A program made the translations under genes and the position numbers. From Prasinococcaceae sp. CCMP 1430 (taxonomy: Eukaryota > Plantae > Prasinodermophyta), in contig RQSC01001202.1 of the NCBI GenBank assembly GCA_013416795.1, positions 62,001 to 126,000 on the forward strand: a DNA stretch of 64,000 bases. The letters run 5' to 3'. Each line of letters opens with the position of its first letter. Position 1 is the first letter of the stretch. This document shows, one piece after another, positions 45,923 through 57,663 of this stretch. The notes beneath the pieces are model-generated. The model had not been told where the DNA came from. It ran no database searches and saw only the letters and a program-made list of their open reading frames with translations.

Positions 45923-46162
45923 GAGCCCGTGGTCGACCGCAAGAAGGTGAAGCACATCCAGCACGACGGCAACATCACCATGAACGACGTGTACGAGACC
46001 GCGCGCATTATGCGCCCCCGCAGCATGGCCCGCCACTTCTCTGGCACCGTCAAGGAGATCCTCGGCACTTGCGTGTCCGTGGGCTGCACGGTGGACGGCG
46101 AGGACCCCAAGGACCTGCAGGCGCAGATCGACGATGGGGAGCTCGTCTGCCCGGACGAGTAA
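45923..46162 (+). CDS. RPL12: 60S ribosomal protein L12 (uL11), last exon; 5' exon probably in the gap at 45388-45663
   Basis: [19 protein letters not shown]...[27 protein letters not shown]...[10 protein letters not shown], following a CTGAC branch point and CAACAG acceptor. Confidence 0.93.
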   Translation, partial: EPVVDRKKVKHIQHDGNITMNDVYETARIMRPRSMARHFSGTVKEILGTCVSVGCTVDGEDPKDLQAQIDDGELVCPDE

Positions 46163-46643
46163 ATAATTACGGCTTGCGCGGCGGGAGCGCTCGGCGGCCT
46201 CAGGTGGCGAGGCCGCTTGCACGCAAGTAGTAGGCGGCACGGGGGGCCAGCGCGTGTTCGGTACACGTGCAAACAAGCGGCGATGGCTCGTTGGAGCACG
46301 CGCTTGACACACACTTCGCGAGGTGCGCAGCGGGGAGGCACAGGCCCAGCCATACCTTAGCACCGAACGGAATTAATGCCTTTTCAGGAAAACAACACTC
46401 AGAAGCACGCAGCGTCCGACCCGCGCTCGCAGGGCCACCACCCCTAGCGCGCTCAGTGGCCGGGCCTCGGGCGCCCGTCCGCCGTGCGTGCTCAACCCGC
46501 TTCGCCGTGCCGCCGCGCGTGGGCCGCGAGTGGTACCTGGGTACTGTGGCACGTATTAACAAAAAAAGCGCGCACACCGCGCGCGCGCTCTCCTCCTCGT
46601 CACTTATTGCGCCTGCCGCGCCGGTGAGGCGAAAGAGGGCCCC

Positions 46644-47213
46644 CTAGGGCGTGATCGACGTCTCGCACGGCTGGAAGTCGACCTGCCCGCTCATGATGAT
46701 GGCCACGATGACGCCGAACAGGCCGAGCGCGGAGCCGAAGATCTCAATCACCAGGATCTTGACGAAGAGCGTGGAGTTCTGCGCGTCGGAGAGCGCGCAC
46801 GAGCTGCCAATTACGCCCACGCACACGCCGCACACTAGGTTCGCCATCCCGCAGGTGAGGCCCGCGCCGAAGAGCGAATAGCCGCTGAACATGGACTTTC
46901 CTGACCACGAGCCGTCGGGGCAGTCCGCGACGTTCGTCATCTTGATTTGCAGGATGATGGCGACGATCACACCGTAGATGGCCACTGCCTCGCAGAAGAT
47001 CACACTGATCAGATTCTTGGACGTGATGCGCGGGGCGGCGATGCTTGCGCCAAGCAGCGACGCGCCGGTGATATAGATGCCCCACGCGGCGCCCAGCACG
47101 CTCAACCCCATGGAGAGGGCAATGCCAAGCGCCGAAAACATGTACGGCGACATGTGCGTGAACACATCGTTCGCGCTGACCTCGAACGTCACGTCATCGA
47201 CGGTGACGTCCAT
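46644..47213 (-). CDS. VMA16: V-type ATPase proteolipid subunit c''
   Basis: [46 protein letters not shown] and [19 protein letters not shown]. Confidence 0.96.
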   Translation of the reverse strand: MDVTVDDVTFEVSANDVFTHMSPYMFSALGIALSMGLSVLGAAWGIYITGASLLGASIAAPRITSKNLISVIFCEAVAIYGVIVAIILQIKMTNVADCPDGSWSGKSMFSGYSLFGAGLTCGMANLVCGVCVGVIGSSCALSDAQNSTLFVKILVIEIFGSALGLFGVIVAIIMSGQVDFQPCETSITP

Positions 47214-47397
47214 AGTGCCCTTCCTTCCCCACTACCACTGCCTCTCCTTTGACCGTCCCGCGCGCCTTGCCCTCAACCTTTGCGCTCGCGAGCGCGCGCG
47301 CCGCGTGGGAGAGAAGTCCCAGCGGGTGTTCGCCCCGCAGCGCCGCCGCCGCGGGCGGTGGGCCAGCGAGCACCACGCGGCTCAGCCAGGGGAGACA

Positions 47398-49779
47398 ATG
47401 GCGGAGACGGTACCGCCTCCTGATGCGGACGCGGCCCAGTGCGTGGACTTGCAGATGGTCAGGGCGTCGATGGGGCACGTGCAGAGCCGGCTGGCGTCGC
47501 TGGGCAACCTTGAGCAGCCGCAGCCTGTGGGTATATCGTGGAGCGACCTTAGCTTCAGCGTGCCGCTGGCAGACAAGTCCACGAAGGTCATCATCGATCG
47601 TGCGAGCGGCTACTGTGTGCCCGGGTCGCTGCTCGCGATCATGGGATCGTCGGGGGCAGGCAAGACCACCTTATTGAACTGCCTGGCGCGGCGGGTGCCG
47701 CGCAAGGGCACCACGAGCGGCAAGGTGCTCTACAACGGCCAGGAATGGGGGGCGTGCGAGCGCGCGATGCGCACGCTGGCGGCATACATCACGCAGGACG
47801 ACCTCGTCATGCAGACGCAGACAGTGCGCGAAATACTGATGTTCAGCGCGCGCATGCGCCTTGGCAAGGGGACTTCGTCGAGTGACAAGAAGAAGGTCGT
47901 CGACGAGGTGCTGCGGCAATTGCGCCTGGAGAAAGCTTCCGATACCATAGTTGGGGACCCCGAGCGCGGCGGCATCAGCGGGGGGGAGAGGAAACGCGTC
48001 AACATAGGAGTGGAGCTCGTGACCAACCCGTCGCTCCTCTTTGTTGATGAGCCAACTTCGGGGCTGGACTCGTCGACCGCGCGCACCGTCATCGAAACGA
48101 CCAAGGAGCTCGCAGCTGACGGGCGCTCAGTGCTCGTCACGATCCACCAGCCCTCCAGTGAGGTGTTCTTTATGTTCAAGCGCCTCCTGCTGCTGCACAA
48201 GGGCCGAACGGTGTTTTTCGACGAGACAAACAACGTCGTGCCTTACTTCACGAGCCTCGACTACGTCTGCCCGCCGCACCACAACCCCGCCGAGTTCATC
48301 ATGGCGGTGCTCCTTGACTCCTCGACGGGGAACGACAGCGCGGGCACGGACTTCATTGTGAAGTGGGACGAGCATGTGACGGAGGACAATATCTCCCTTG
48401 AGATGCCGCCAGAGGAGCTGGCGGTGCTCGAACCGCCGCGCGCGAAGGCGGGCGGCAGGCTGGGCTTCCTGGGCGAGGTGTTTGTCGTATTTTTGCGCGC
48501 ATGCTCGAACTTCGTGCGGGAGAAGATGCTGTTCCAAGCCCGCATCGCGCAGACGATCTTCTTCGCGATCCTGTGCGGGCTACTGTTCTTTAACCTCACC
48601 TCGAACCAGCAAGGCGTCCAGGACCGCCTGGGCTTGCTTTTCTTTGTCTCCATCAATCAGTTGATGTTGCCCATGCTTGGCTCCGTCCTTACCTTCCCGA
48701 TGGAGAAGGACATATTCAAGCGGGAGCATCGCTCGGGCTTCTACAGCGTCTGGTCCTACTTCACTGCAAAGTCAATTGCGGAGATACCCTTCCAGATCGT
48801 GTTTCCGTTCGTCTTCACGTGCATCTTTTACTACATGGCGGGATTGCGCAGCGCGGCGCAGTACTTCTTCTTGTGTGCACTCACGCTGATGTACGTACCG
48901 TCAGTCAGGGGCTCCTTTTGGCTGGATGCGTCTTTGCTTGCGTGTCCCTCCCCTAGCTAGCGCGTGTGCTTTGACGTCGAGTCGTATTTGTCTCGCAAAA
49001 CCACATGCATGCACAGCGCTGACACGCAGCTTGGCCGTGGCGCGCGAGCTGGAATAGCATGGACGCCGTGGCCGCGCAGTCGCTGGGCCTCGCACTGGGG
49101 GCCGCCGCGCCCAATCCACAGATTGCTATACTGGTGCGTTGATGATGATGCGCTGGCACGCTCCCGTTGCACCTGCTGTGCCGGCACCACGATGCTCGTT
49201 TGCGGACCAACATCAGGCTCTCGAGTCTCATCCTGACTGACATGCGGAACTCCAACAAAACCACGCGTGCACGCGCACACATGTCGCTAGCTCGTCGGCG
49301 TGACTCTGATCCCCATGATCCTGGCCGGAGGTTTCTTTGCCAGCCGCAATGTACGTTGCGCTCGCCCGCCCGCTCTGTGATCCAGCTCGCGCCGCGTAGC
49401 GGCGGCTGTGTGCTCCACTTTCGCCATCTGACCGCCTACCCCACGCCATGCGACTGCGCAGCGGCTCGACCCGTACTGGCTGTGGCTCGAGTACATCTCG
49501 CCCCTTTCCTGGACCTTCGCGAGCCTCTCCGTTAATGAGTTCCGAGGCAACGTGTTGTGCTCCTGTGCGTCGAACGACACTCCAGCGATACAGATCGTCG
49601 CGAATTGCACAGCGGTGTGCGGGTGCTCGGCTACCTCCTGCATTGACGGCGACGACGTGTTGGCCTCGCAGTTCATGGACGACAGCTCCGTTGGCATGTC
49701 GATGCTTGCTCTCAGCGTGTTTACCATCGTGCTGCGGGCAGTACTTGCGCTCGCCCTGTTTTTGCAGACGAGGCTTTGA
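47398..49779 (+). CDS. ABCG: ABCG half-transporter; exons 47398-48890, 49058-49133, 49291-49350, 49462-49779
   Basis: Walker A GSSGAGKTT, signature ISGGERKRV, LFVDEPTSGLDS and TIHQP. All three introns splice in frame to give the TMD (AQSLGL, PMILAGGFF, WLEYISPL...NEF). Confidence 0.93.
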
Positions 49780-50126
49780 GTGCGCAAGGACTGAGTGAGT
49801 GAGTGTATACCAGAGCGATCGCGCCCGCACTGCGGCGAAGGTCGTTGTTGCACCATGTTATTTTCCTTTTCTTTTGTACACACCGCACTGTACGGCCCGG
49901 TCAGGTCAGAGCGGAAGCGGCACAATGGCGTCAATGACTGCGAGCACCGTCCTCAGAGGTGCCCACTCAAGCATATTTGGAGAGAGCCTTCCGTTAGAGA
50001 CGACGACTCCTCCCAAGCTGCGCACGACCTCTGTTGCGTCCGGCCCGCGCCGAGGTGAGCAGCCGGCGCAGCGAGCCCTCGTGTCAGCGTCCCGCATGCA
50101 CGTTTGATTGTTGCCGGAGATAGCTG

Positions 50127-51958
50127 CTATAATAGGGAGCCGTGATTGCTGCTATCTAGCGCATTGCGCTCGCCTCGCGCCGCACCTGCCAGAAGTCGAC
50201 CGTAGCCCCCGCCCGTGCTGGCGAAGTGCACCTGATAGCCGCGCGAGGACGCTTGGAGCTGCGAGCGGGCAAGCAGTAGCAAGTTCTCGTCGGGGCTCAT
50301 GCCAAGATGCATGGACACATTTTGTGCCCCGGCAGCAGTGTTTAGCCACTGGCCGGATGTGTGCCAACAACAACGAATTGTTCAGTGCACGCTTTGAGTC
50401 AGCCGCTATCCTGCCGGATCGACAAAGCGGCACCGTGTGCATGCCTGACGACGCGGCTGGGATGCACAAACAGTCGCTATCACTGGCACATTCGCACCTG
50501 CTCCCTGTTGATCACGTATCTCGCAGACCGCCTGAGGCACGCGTCGTGATGCGTTCCAGCCAGCAGGACGGCGCTCGTCAGATTGTGAGCGCGTGCATGG
50601 CGTGCCACCCCTTCGAAGAATTCACGGTTGCCAAGCTTGGCGTATGTCCTCTCTTTCCTTCGACGCTCCTCCTCGAGAGCCGCGCCAGACCGCCCAAACA
50701 CGTCTTCAGCATGGACGCGGGAAGGGCTGTCGCCCGCGTCGGTGCCCAGCTGAAAGCTGGACCCCACGGGCATCGGGGCAGCGCGCCCACTCGTTGCGGC
50801 AGCATGGCTGTGCTGTTTGGGCATGGTATTGATGGCACCACCTGCTAGAAACGCGCGTGCGCGAAGCAAGACTGCCCGCAGCCCATCGATAGTCCCATCG
50901 ATGACGTCGTTGACAACCTGCATCAAGGCGCCGACCCTGCCAGATACCTGATGATCGGCCGCATCGTCGTGTCCGACACGCTCATCGCGTGCAGCTGACC
51001 GCGAGGCTGGCAAATCCGTGCCTGCCGCTGCCACCCCCGCCGCCCTAGGCCGCTGCTGTTGCTCCACATCGAGCAGCGGCATGTCGACTCCAAGAGCAGC
51101 CGACGCGGAGGAGGAGCTCCGACCCAACCCCCACCGCTGCTGCGATTGCAGCGGTGATTTGGGCTCTTCTCGTAGCCTGATCATCGGATCCCCGGCAATG
51201 TCAGTGCAGAGCACGTCTCCCACGCGCAAATGCAACACCAGCAAGCCCCCTTGGTGGTCACCGGCGCGGAGCAGGGGCTCCAACGGGTCGTTCTGGCCGG
51301 TTCCTCGCAGCCTGCGCTCAACTATGCGGCGTAGCATTGCGTACGCGTACGGCGTATAGTAGCCATTGACGGCATGGAGGTCGAGTTGCTCCTGCGCGTA
51401 CTCAGCCCCGATGGAACCTGGGAAGCCGTCGAGTACATCGCGCAGGACGGTAGCGTCCTCAAGCTTCAGCAGGTCGCCGAGACGGTACCAGTTCCATTGC
51501 GTGCCGCTGAAGAGCTGCGCGGCGACCGCGCTGATGGAACCTGCCGCGGCAGAGTAGGCGCCTGCGCTCGGCGGTGCCCCCGTGGAGACGACACCGTGAT
51601 TTCCCGGCCCCCGAGCCGCGCCGGCGGCGGGATCAGGAGCCAACCATTGCGTATCCTCCGCAGCGCGCGAGAGCCTGTGCGGCCGCACGAAGAGGGGGTC
51701 GTGCGCCGTGCGCACGTCGACCAGTCCCCAAAGCGCGACCGCCGCCAGCGCGAGCGCGTACACCGTCGCTGCGAAACACAAGCCGCGCGGCACTCGCTCC
51801 CCTCTCGTCCGCAGAATCCGAGCCTGGTACCGCCGGCAGGGCTGCGGCGTGCCCCCCCCTCCTCCGTGCTGCGCGCGCGCGCAGCTGCCGCACCTCGCGC
51901 CCCCGCCCCCGGCCAATGCAGCCCCCCCGGCGTCCGCCGCTGGCCGGCGCCTCGGCAT
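50127..51958 (-). CDS. Type II membrane protein with fucosyltransferase-like (GT11/GT23 superfamily) motifs; intron 50497-50349
   Basis: One N-proximal TM helix (GLCFAATVYALALAAVALWGLV), then WYRLGD, FPGSIGAEY, VLHLRVGDV and LLAGTHH. After splicing it ends with SPDENLLLLARS...STGGGYGRL. Confidence 0.55.
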
Positions 51959-53286
51959 CCGCCACCGGCGCCTCCTCGGCGTGAGCAGCAGCCCTTTCGC
52001 TGCCGTTGCGGCGGTGCCGCGCCTCGCAGGGGATGCGGACGCCCCCCCCCCCCCACGCCCGCACGCGCACTCGCGCGCGGGTGCGCGGCGCCGCACACCG
52101 CCGCGGCCCCGCCGGTGCACTTCGTCACGAGCATTCGCGACGTACCGTCCGCCGCCCGCGGTGGTGGGGTCATCGCAACCATACAGCACATCTTCCGAGC
52201 GAGTGGCTCCCGCGCCATTGCCTCCGACCCCCTTTGCTTTGACCTGGCTCGGAGGGAGTGGTGCACCGGTGCGAGACGCAATGCAGCGAGCGCGCGTCAG
52301 TCTCACGACGCACGCACGCCGTCTGGCTGGCGGCAGTCACCACTCTGACGAGTCTCAGACGCGTCAAATGCTCCTTGCGCTCCATTCCCGCCTGCGCGTC
52401 GGGTGACCGCAGCGAGCCCCTTCGCAACGTAAGACCAACCCCGCCGAGGCCGTACCATCTGATGGTACTGTTCAGGTTGCAACCGCGAGCGGTCTCCCCT
52501 CCGAGGGCGGGTCCACGCCGGCGATGCTGGCGGTACCGTACCAGGTTGGTACCTGGGCTCGCGGCCCGGCACAGCTTTCCTCCCTTCTGCGCATGGACGT
52601 TCGACGCGCGCATTGGGAAATAAGACCCGCTGATCCTTCGCGCCAACGAGTCCTCGAAGGCCAGGACTCAAAAATGGGAGAAAAAATTGCTCAGGTTGTC
52701 ATTCGGTTGACGGCAGTCGCACGATGCGATGGGGGCCTGCGAGGTGCCGCGGCCACGCCGCGCATGCGCGTCCGATGGTCCCACCGACGGCACGAAAGAG
52801 GCCCAACCCCCCAAAATCATCCATCCCATTCGATCCATCCGGCAGCCCTCCCCCAACCACCACCACACACGCACACGCACACCTCCGCCCTCGGTCGGCG
52901 CGCGCGCGCGCGCGCCCGTGGCGGTTATTTTTGGCGGGTCAGGGAGCACACCCGACCCACTCGGAAGGGTTGAAAGTCTGCGTCACAAAAACCAACGCGA
53001 CAGATTGATAAAGGGGAGTCGGCGGCGAGGGTCCGCGCGCGGCGCGTTCGCACCCGGGTGCACCCGCAGCCCGGCCGCAACGGAACGGGGATGGGAGTGT
53101 GCGCCGCGGGCCTGCCAGCGGGGGGCGCGGCGACGGCGCAGCGACCGCGCCGCCGCTGCCGCCGCGCCCGGCCGGTTGACTGCACCTTGACTCGCTGGCC
53201 TCGGCTCGGCGCAACAGGACGGCGCTTGCGTCACACGCGCGACTGGCCAGGCGGCGCGGGCGCAGTGGCACACGCGCGCGGCGACG

Positions 53287-56229
53287 ATGGCCGCGTCCAG
53301 TCGTTGGCCGCGCATCATGCCCCGCCGCCGCCGCCGCGCGTGGTTCTCGTTGACGAGCGTCGCCATTGCCAGCGCCGCTGCCAGCGCGTCGCTCGTGCTC
53401 GCGGCCCCCGACGACGTAGGCAATAGACACGCCCCCGCGTCGTCGGCCTACAACACCGAGTGGTCGTCGCTGGAGCTTGGCCCCGACGCTGCGCTGGCGA
53501 AGGCGCTCCTCGACGCGCGCGCGGCGCTCGAGCATTGCATGCGAGCGCGGGAGACTCCGCATTGCCGGCGGGGCTCGGGGCCGGACGTCGGTGCGTCGCT
53601 CGAGCGTGCAACGCTCGCGACTGCCACGTTCGGCCTGCGGGCAGCGCACGCAGATGCACGGCATGTCGACGCCGTCGCACAGTCGCACGCGGCCTTCCGT
53701 GGCCTCTCGAACGCCGACGCGCTCGCTCGCCAGTACGCGCGCGACCTGCCCGAGCAGGAGAGGCGGGACGTGCTGGAGGCTTTGCGGAACGCCGTCGAGG
53801 AGTGCACGCTGGCCATCGCGACCTCTGCCGAAGGCGCAGGCGATGCAGCAGCGACAGAGCACGGCTGCGAAGGTGCCGCGCGACGCCACGAGCGCAACGT
53901 TGACGATGCTGCACCCCCGATGCTGTCACTTCCCAAAGGCTCGTCGCACTGGGTAGATGCGAGGGGGGTGCCCACGCTGGTGTACGGATGGAGCACAGCG
54001 CCAGTGAATTACGCAGACACGACGATCACCACGGGCGCTGGCAGCAGCGCGTCGAGCAGCGGTGTCGTCGATGGAGATGGCGACCAAGGCGTCGGCTCCG
54101 CCAACGCTTCTGCCAGCGTGCTCGCGAGCTTCGGCGCTCAGACCGAGTACAACGGGCGCATGGTGGACGTGGTCGTCCTGCCGGCAGCCCTGTACAGCCA
54201 CACGCGCAAGAAGAACGGCAAATACCCAGTGCGTTGTGCCTTTGCGAGCGCGCACCATCCCCTCGCAGCTGGACGTTTTCACGCACGCGCCTGAGCTGAC
54301 GCGGGCGCGCTCGCACGCTCGCAGGAGTGGCTCCTGCGCGGCAAAGTTTCCCTGCTCGTTGACGTCGTCGAGCGCGTGGTCCGCTCCGGCAAGGTGGCGC
54401 AGGTGTACCTCTCCCACGGACGGCCCTCAAGTGGGAGCTCTGCGGCAGGTCACGACTCCCAAGCCATGCCACGGTGGGCCACGGAGGTGGCTCCCGAGCT
54501 CGTCGAACGCACGGGCCACTTTTGCTCGTACGATATCACGCACCCCATCGCCCATCGAGTGTGGTCCGAGGTGCTCGCCGAGCTCGTCCCCCAGCTGGGA
54601 TCGCGGGGCCTGCTCGAGTCGCGCGGGGCGGTGGTCTTCCAGCTGATGAACGAACCTGCGCTCTTCAACGCGCAGGACTTGCTTGCCTTCATGCGCGATC
54701 TGCGGTCCAGCGTTCACACACTGGCGGGCGAGATGGGCGCGCCACCGCCTCCGTGCTGGGCGAAGGCCATGAACAATGGATGGACGTCCCCTCTATCGCT
54801 CGGCGGCGCGATGGCCGGCTCGGCACCATCGCAGGACGGCCTGCCGCGCGTGGAACTTGCACGCGCACTGGACGGTCACTCGCAGGACAGCAGGCTCACG
54901 CCCAAGCGCGCGGGCTTCGGCTCGAGCCAGCTTCCCGAGGTGTCGCGGCTGCTGCCCTCGAACGTGTACTCCCTCGACTGGGTCGACACGCTGTTGACTT
55001 ATGACCTCACGCGCGCTGTGAACCCTGCCCAGCCCGTGGTCGAATCCGAGCTGCATTCGCTGTCAACCGCGAGCTGGCGGCAGGCCGCGCTGCCGCCAAC
55101 GCTCGTTCACGCCACTGCGCAGCTGCTGGCAGTCTCGGGCGTGGCATCGGTCCAACTCTGGTACTGGGGCAGAAAGACGGCGGCGCTCCCGACGCAGACC
55201 TCCACAAATACCTCTACGACTGACGCCGTGATCACGCACTACGCCCCCGACGTCGATGCCACACAGGAGTTCGGTGGCGGCAATTTTGCGATGTCCGCCA
55301 CCACCCAGCCGCTGCTGGTGGACGCGTACGTGCGCGCAGGCGTGCTGCTAAACGCACTCGTGGACGACGTCGTCGCCCTGTCGCGTGCCGAACCCGCGCT
55401 CTACATGCTCTACCCTTACGAAGCAGGTGCGCAACCCCCCGCGGAAGGCGACGACGCGCCAGACGATCCGCACGACGGCGCAGAATCGCCTGGCTCGTCC
55501 CAGGCCGCTGCCCGCACGCCAAACAGCAGCAGCGTCCACTTCAGCGACGACGAAGGCCTCGCCAGCGATGGCACACCCCTCGCGCGCGAGCTCGGCGAGC
55601 TTGGTGCCGTCTACAGCATCGCAGCTCAGCTCGGCGGCCGTGTTGGCTTCGTTGTCAGCGCCGACGCCGTTGACGCGCTGCAAGCGGGTAGCGTGCTGTT
55701 GCTCGCGCCGCTGCAGGCGCGGCGATACTGTGGAGGCGCCAAAGTCGAGTTTGAGTCAGGCAGCTCTGAGGAAGACCGCATTCAGCACGCGCTCGCGGGT
55801 GCGCACGCTCGCGGCGTGCACGTGGTGTGTGACTACGACTTCCCCTACGACGTTGCCGACACCCGTGCGCTGCAGACGCTGCACAGGCGTGTAGGCGCGC
55901 TCCTGCACGATCCCCGGCGGCCCCTGCTATGCGTCGACGCGCTACACGAGGGCGCACTGGCGTTTGGAGTTCACTGCCGCGCGGTCGAGGTGCCATGCGC
56001 CGCCTCCGACACAGCTCGCGGCACGCCCACGTGCTACGCGCTTTCCGTAGTGAGCATGGCGACGCGCGCGATTCGCGTGCGCGTGGAGCACGCCGCAGAT
56101 GCCGGCGCGCGCGTGCGCGTGGCGGACAGCTTCACCGGCGCCGGGTCCGGCCCGGACTCGCACAACTCCACCACCCTGCATCTGGAGCCCATGGGCAGCA
56201 GGATGCTGAATGTAAGGATTGACCTGTGA
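53287..56229 (+). CDS. Clan GH-A glycoside hydrolase, GH42 (beta-galactosidase)-like, with an N-terminal signal/anchor; intron 54229-54324
   Basis: Splicing creates KYP|EWL, the PxWL motif. It also has HFCSYDITHP, FQLMNEP (acid/base), PVVESELH (candidate nucleophile) and a C-terminal GSVLLLAP region. Confidence 0.62.
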
Positions 56230-56678
56230 TTCCATTATCTCCTTCTTTCAAACAAAGCAAAAAAAAAGCCCTTCGCGGCGGCGGCGCCTGTCGTCGCGAT
56301 GCGGGCAATTTTTCGCGCGGTGTCACATTTTGCGCACACGTCCGTGCGTGCGTGCGCCCCCCCCCCCCCTTTCTCCCCCTCGCGGGCAGAGTGTGTGTGC
56401 CGGCACTGACCATCGACGCGGGCGTGCTGTGTGCTCTGCGCGCCTGGAGCGTGGCGCCGCCGCCACGCCTGCTGCTTCCGCGCCTGCCGCCCGCGGACGT
56501 CCCGGCGGCCGCGGTGCACAGGCGCGTGCGCGCGCACGCGGAGCGCGTGCGCTGCGGCGTGAAGCGCGCCTGCGGTGGCCGCGGTGCCACTCTTCGCCTC
56601 CGTACCGCACGAGGGAGGAAGGCAGGGGCATAGGGCGCGCTGTGCACCTGCAGTCTGCGCCACACACAGAGTGAGACG

Positions 56679-57413
56679 ATGGTCGCCCCATTGCCCGAAG
56701 GCTGGAAGGCGTACCGCGACCCAGCAACGAACGCCATTTATTACGCAGCGCCGGACGGAAGGACGCAATGGCAGGCGCCGCCGCCTCCCGCGCCCACTCA
56801 GGAAATGCCCTCTCTGGGGCAGCTTGCGCAGCAATTAGACGCACTAGGCAGGCAGGTACAAGCACTCTGCAGCCAGGTAGAAGGACTGCTGCAAAGGGTG
56901 CGATTACAGTACGAGAAGACGCAAGCGACTACGCAAGAAGGACTAAGCAAGCAGGTCGCAAGGATTCGCGCACCAGACCACGCTGAAGGGGGGCGCAGCG
57001 ATGCTGGACCCTCTAAGCCCGTCAAGCGTGAGCGCTCGGAGGATGAGCCTCGCTCACCGGACCACGCCGAAGGGGGGCGCAGCGATGCTGGACCCTCCGA
57101 GCCCGTCAAGCGTGAGCGCCGTGAGGATGAGCCTCGCTCACCGGACAACGCCGAAGGGGGGCGCAGCGATGCTGGACCCTCCAAGCCCGTCAAGCGTGAG
57201 CGCTCTCAGGATGAGCCTCGCGCACCAGAACACCAGCATCGCGCACAAGGGGGTGCCCAGTGTGAGCGCCGCGATGGAGAGCCCTCTGAGCCCATCGGCG
57301 AGTCAGTCGAGGCCAGCGACATGAGGCTGGCGCGCGTGATGCATGATAAGGATATCCACGCGGATCTCCGTCAAGAGAGGAAGCGCCCGCGTCGATACGG
57401 TTACGACGAGTAA
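56679..57413 (+). CDS. WW-domain protein with a coiled coil and 28-aa repeats
   Basis: PLPEGWKAYRD...IYY...GRTQWQAP is a WW domain, followed by a coiled coil. Confidence 0.75.
   Translation: MVAPLPEGWKAYRDPATNAIYYAAPDGRTQWQAPPPPAPTQEMPSLGQLAQQLDALGRQVQALCSQVEGLLQRVRLQYEKTQATTQEGLSKQVARIRAPDHAEGGRSDAGPSKPVKRERSEDEPRSPDHAEGGRSDAGPSEPVKRERREDEPRSPDNAEGGRSDAGPSKPVKRERSQDEPRAPEHQHRAQGGAQCERRDGEPSEPIGESVEASDMRLARVMHDKDIHADLRQERKRPRRYGYDE
56973..57230 (+). repeat. 84-bp coding tandem repeat, three copies
   Basis: PDHAEGGRSDAGPSKPVKRERSEDEPRS units start at 56973, 57057 and 57141. Confidence 0.95.
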
Positions 57414-57663
57414 AAGAGTCAAGTTTTGGTACGCTTAATCTCACAGGCTTGGAACACCACTCTATTTGTGGCAGCGCACTAGGTCTATGTGCGCAGCTTG
57501 CGTGGCGTGACCGGCGCTTACATACTACGCGCGCGCGGACTCTCACAACTCAAACGTGCCAAGGCTGGCGCCGATGGGCATCTTGTCGCTCATAACGAAG
57601 AGGTAGACGATATGACTTGTGTAGACGATGACTTGCGCTTATAGCTCGCGCTTTGAAAGTCGT

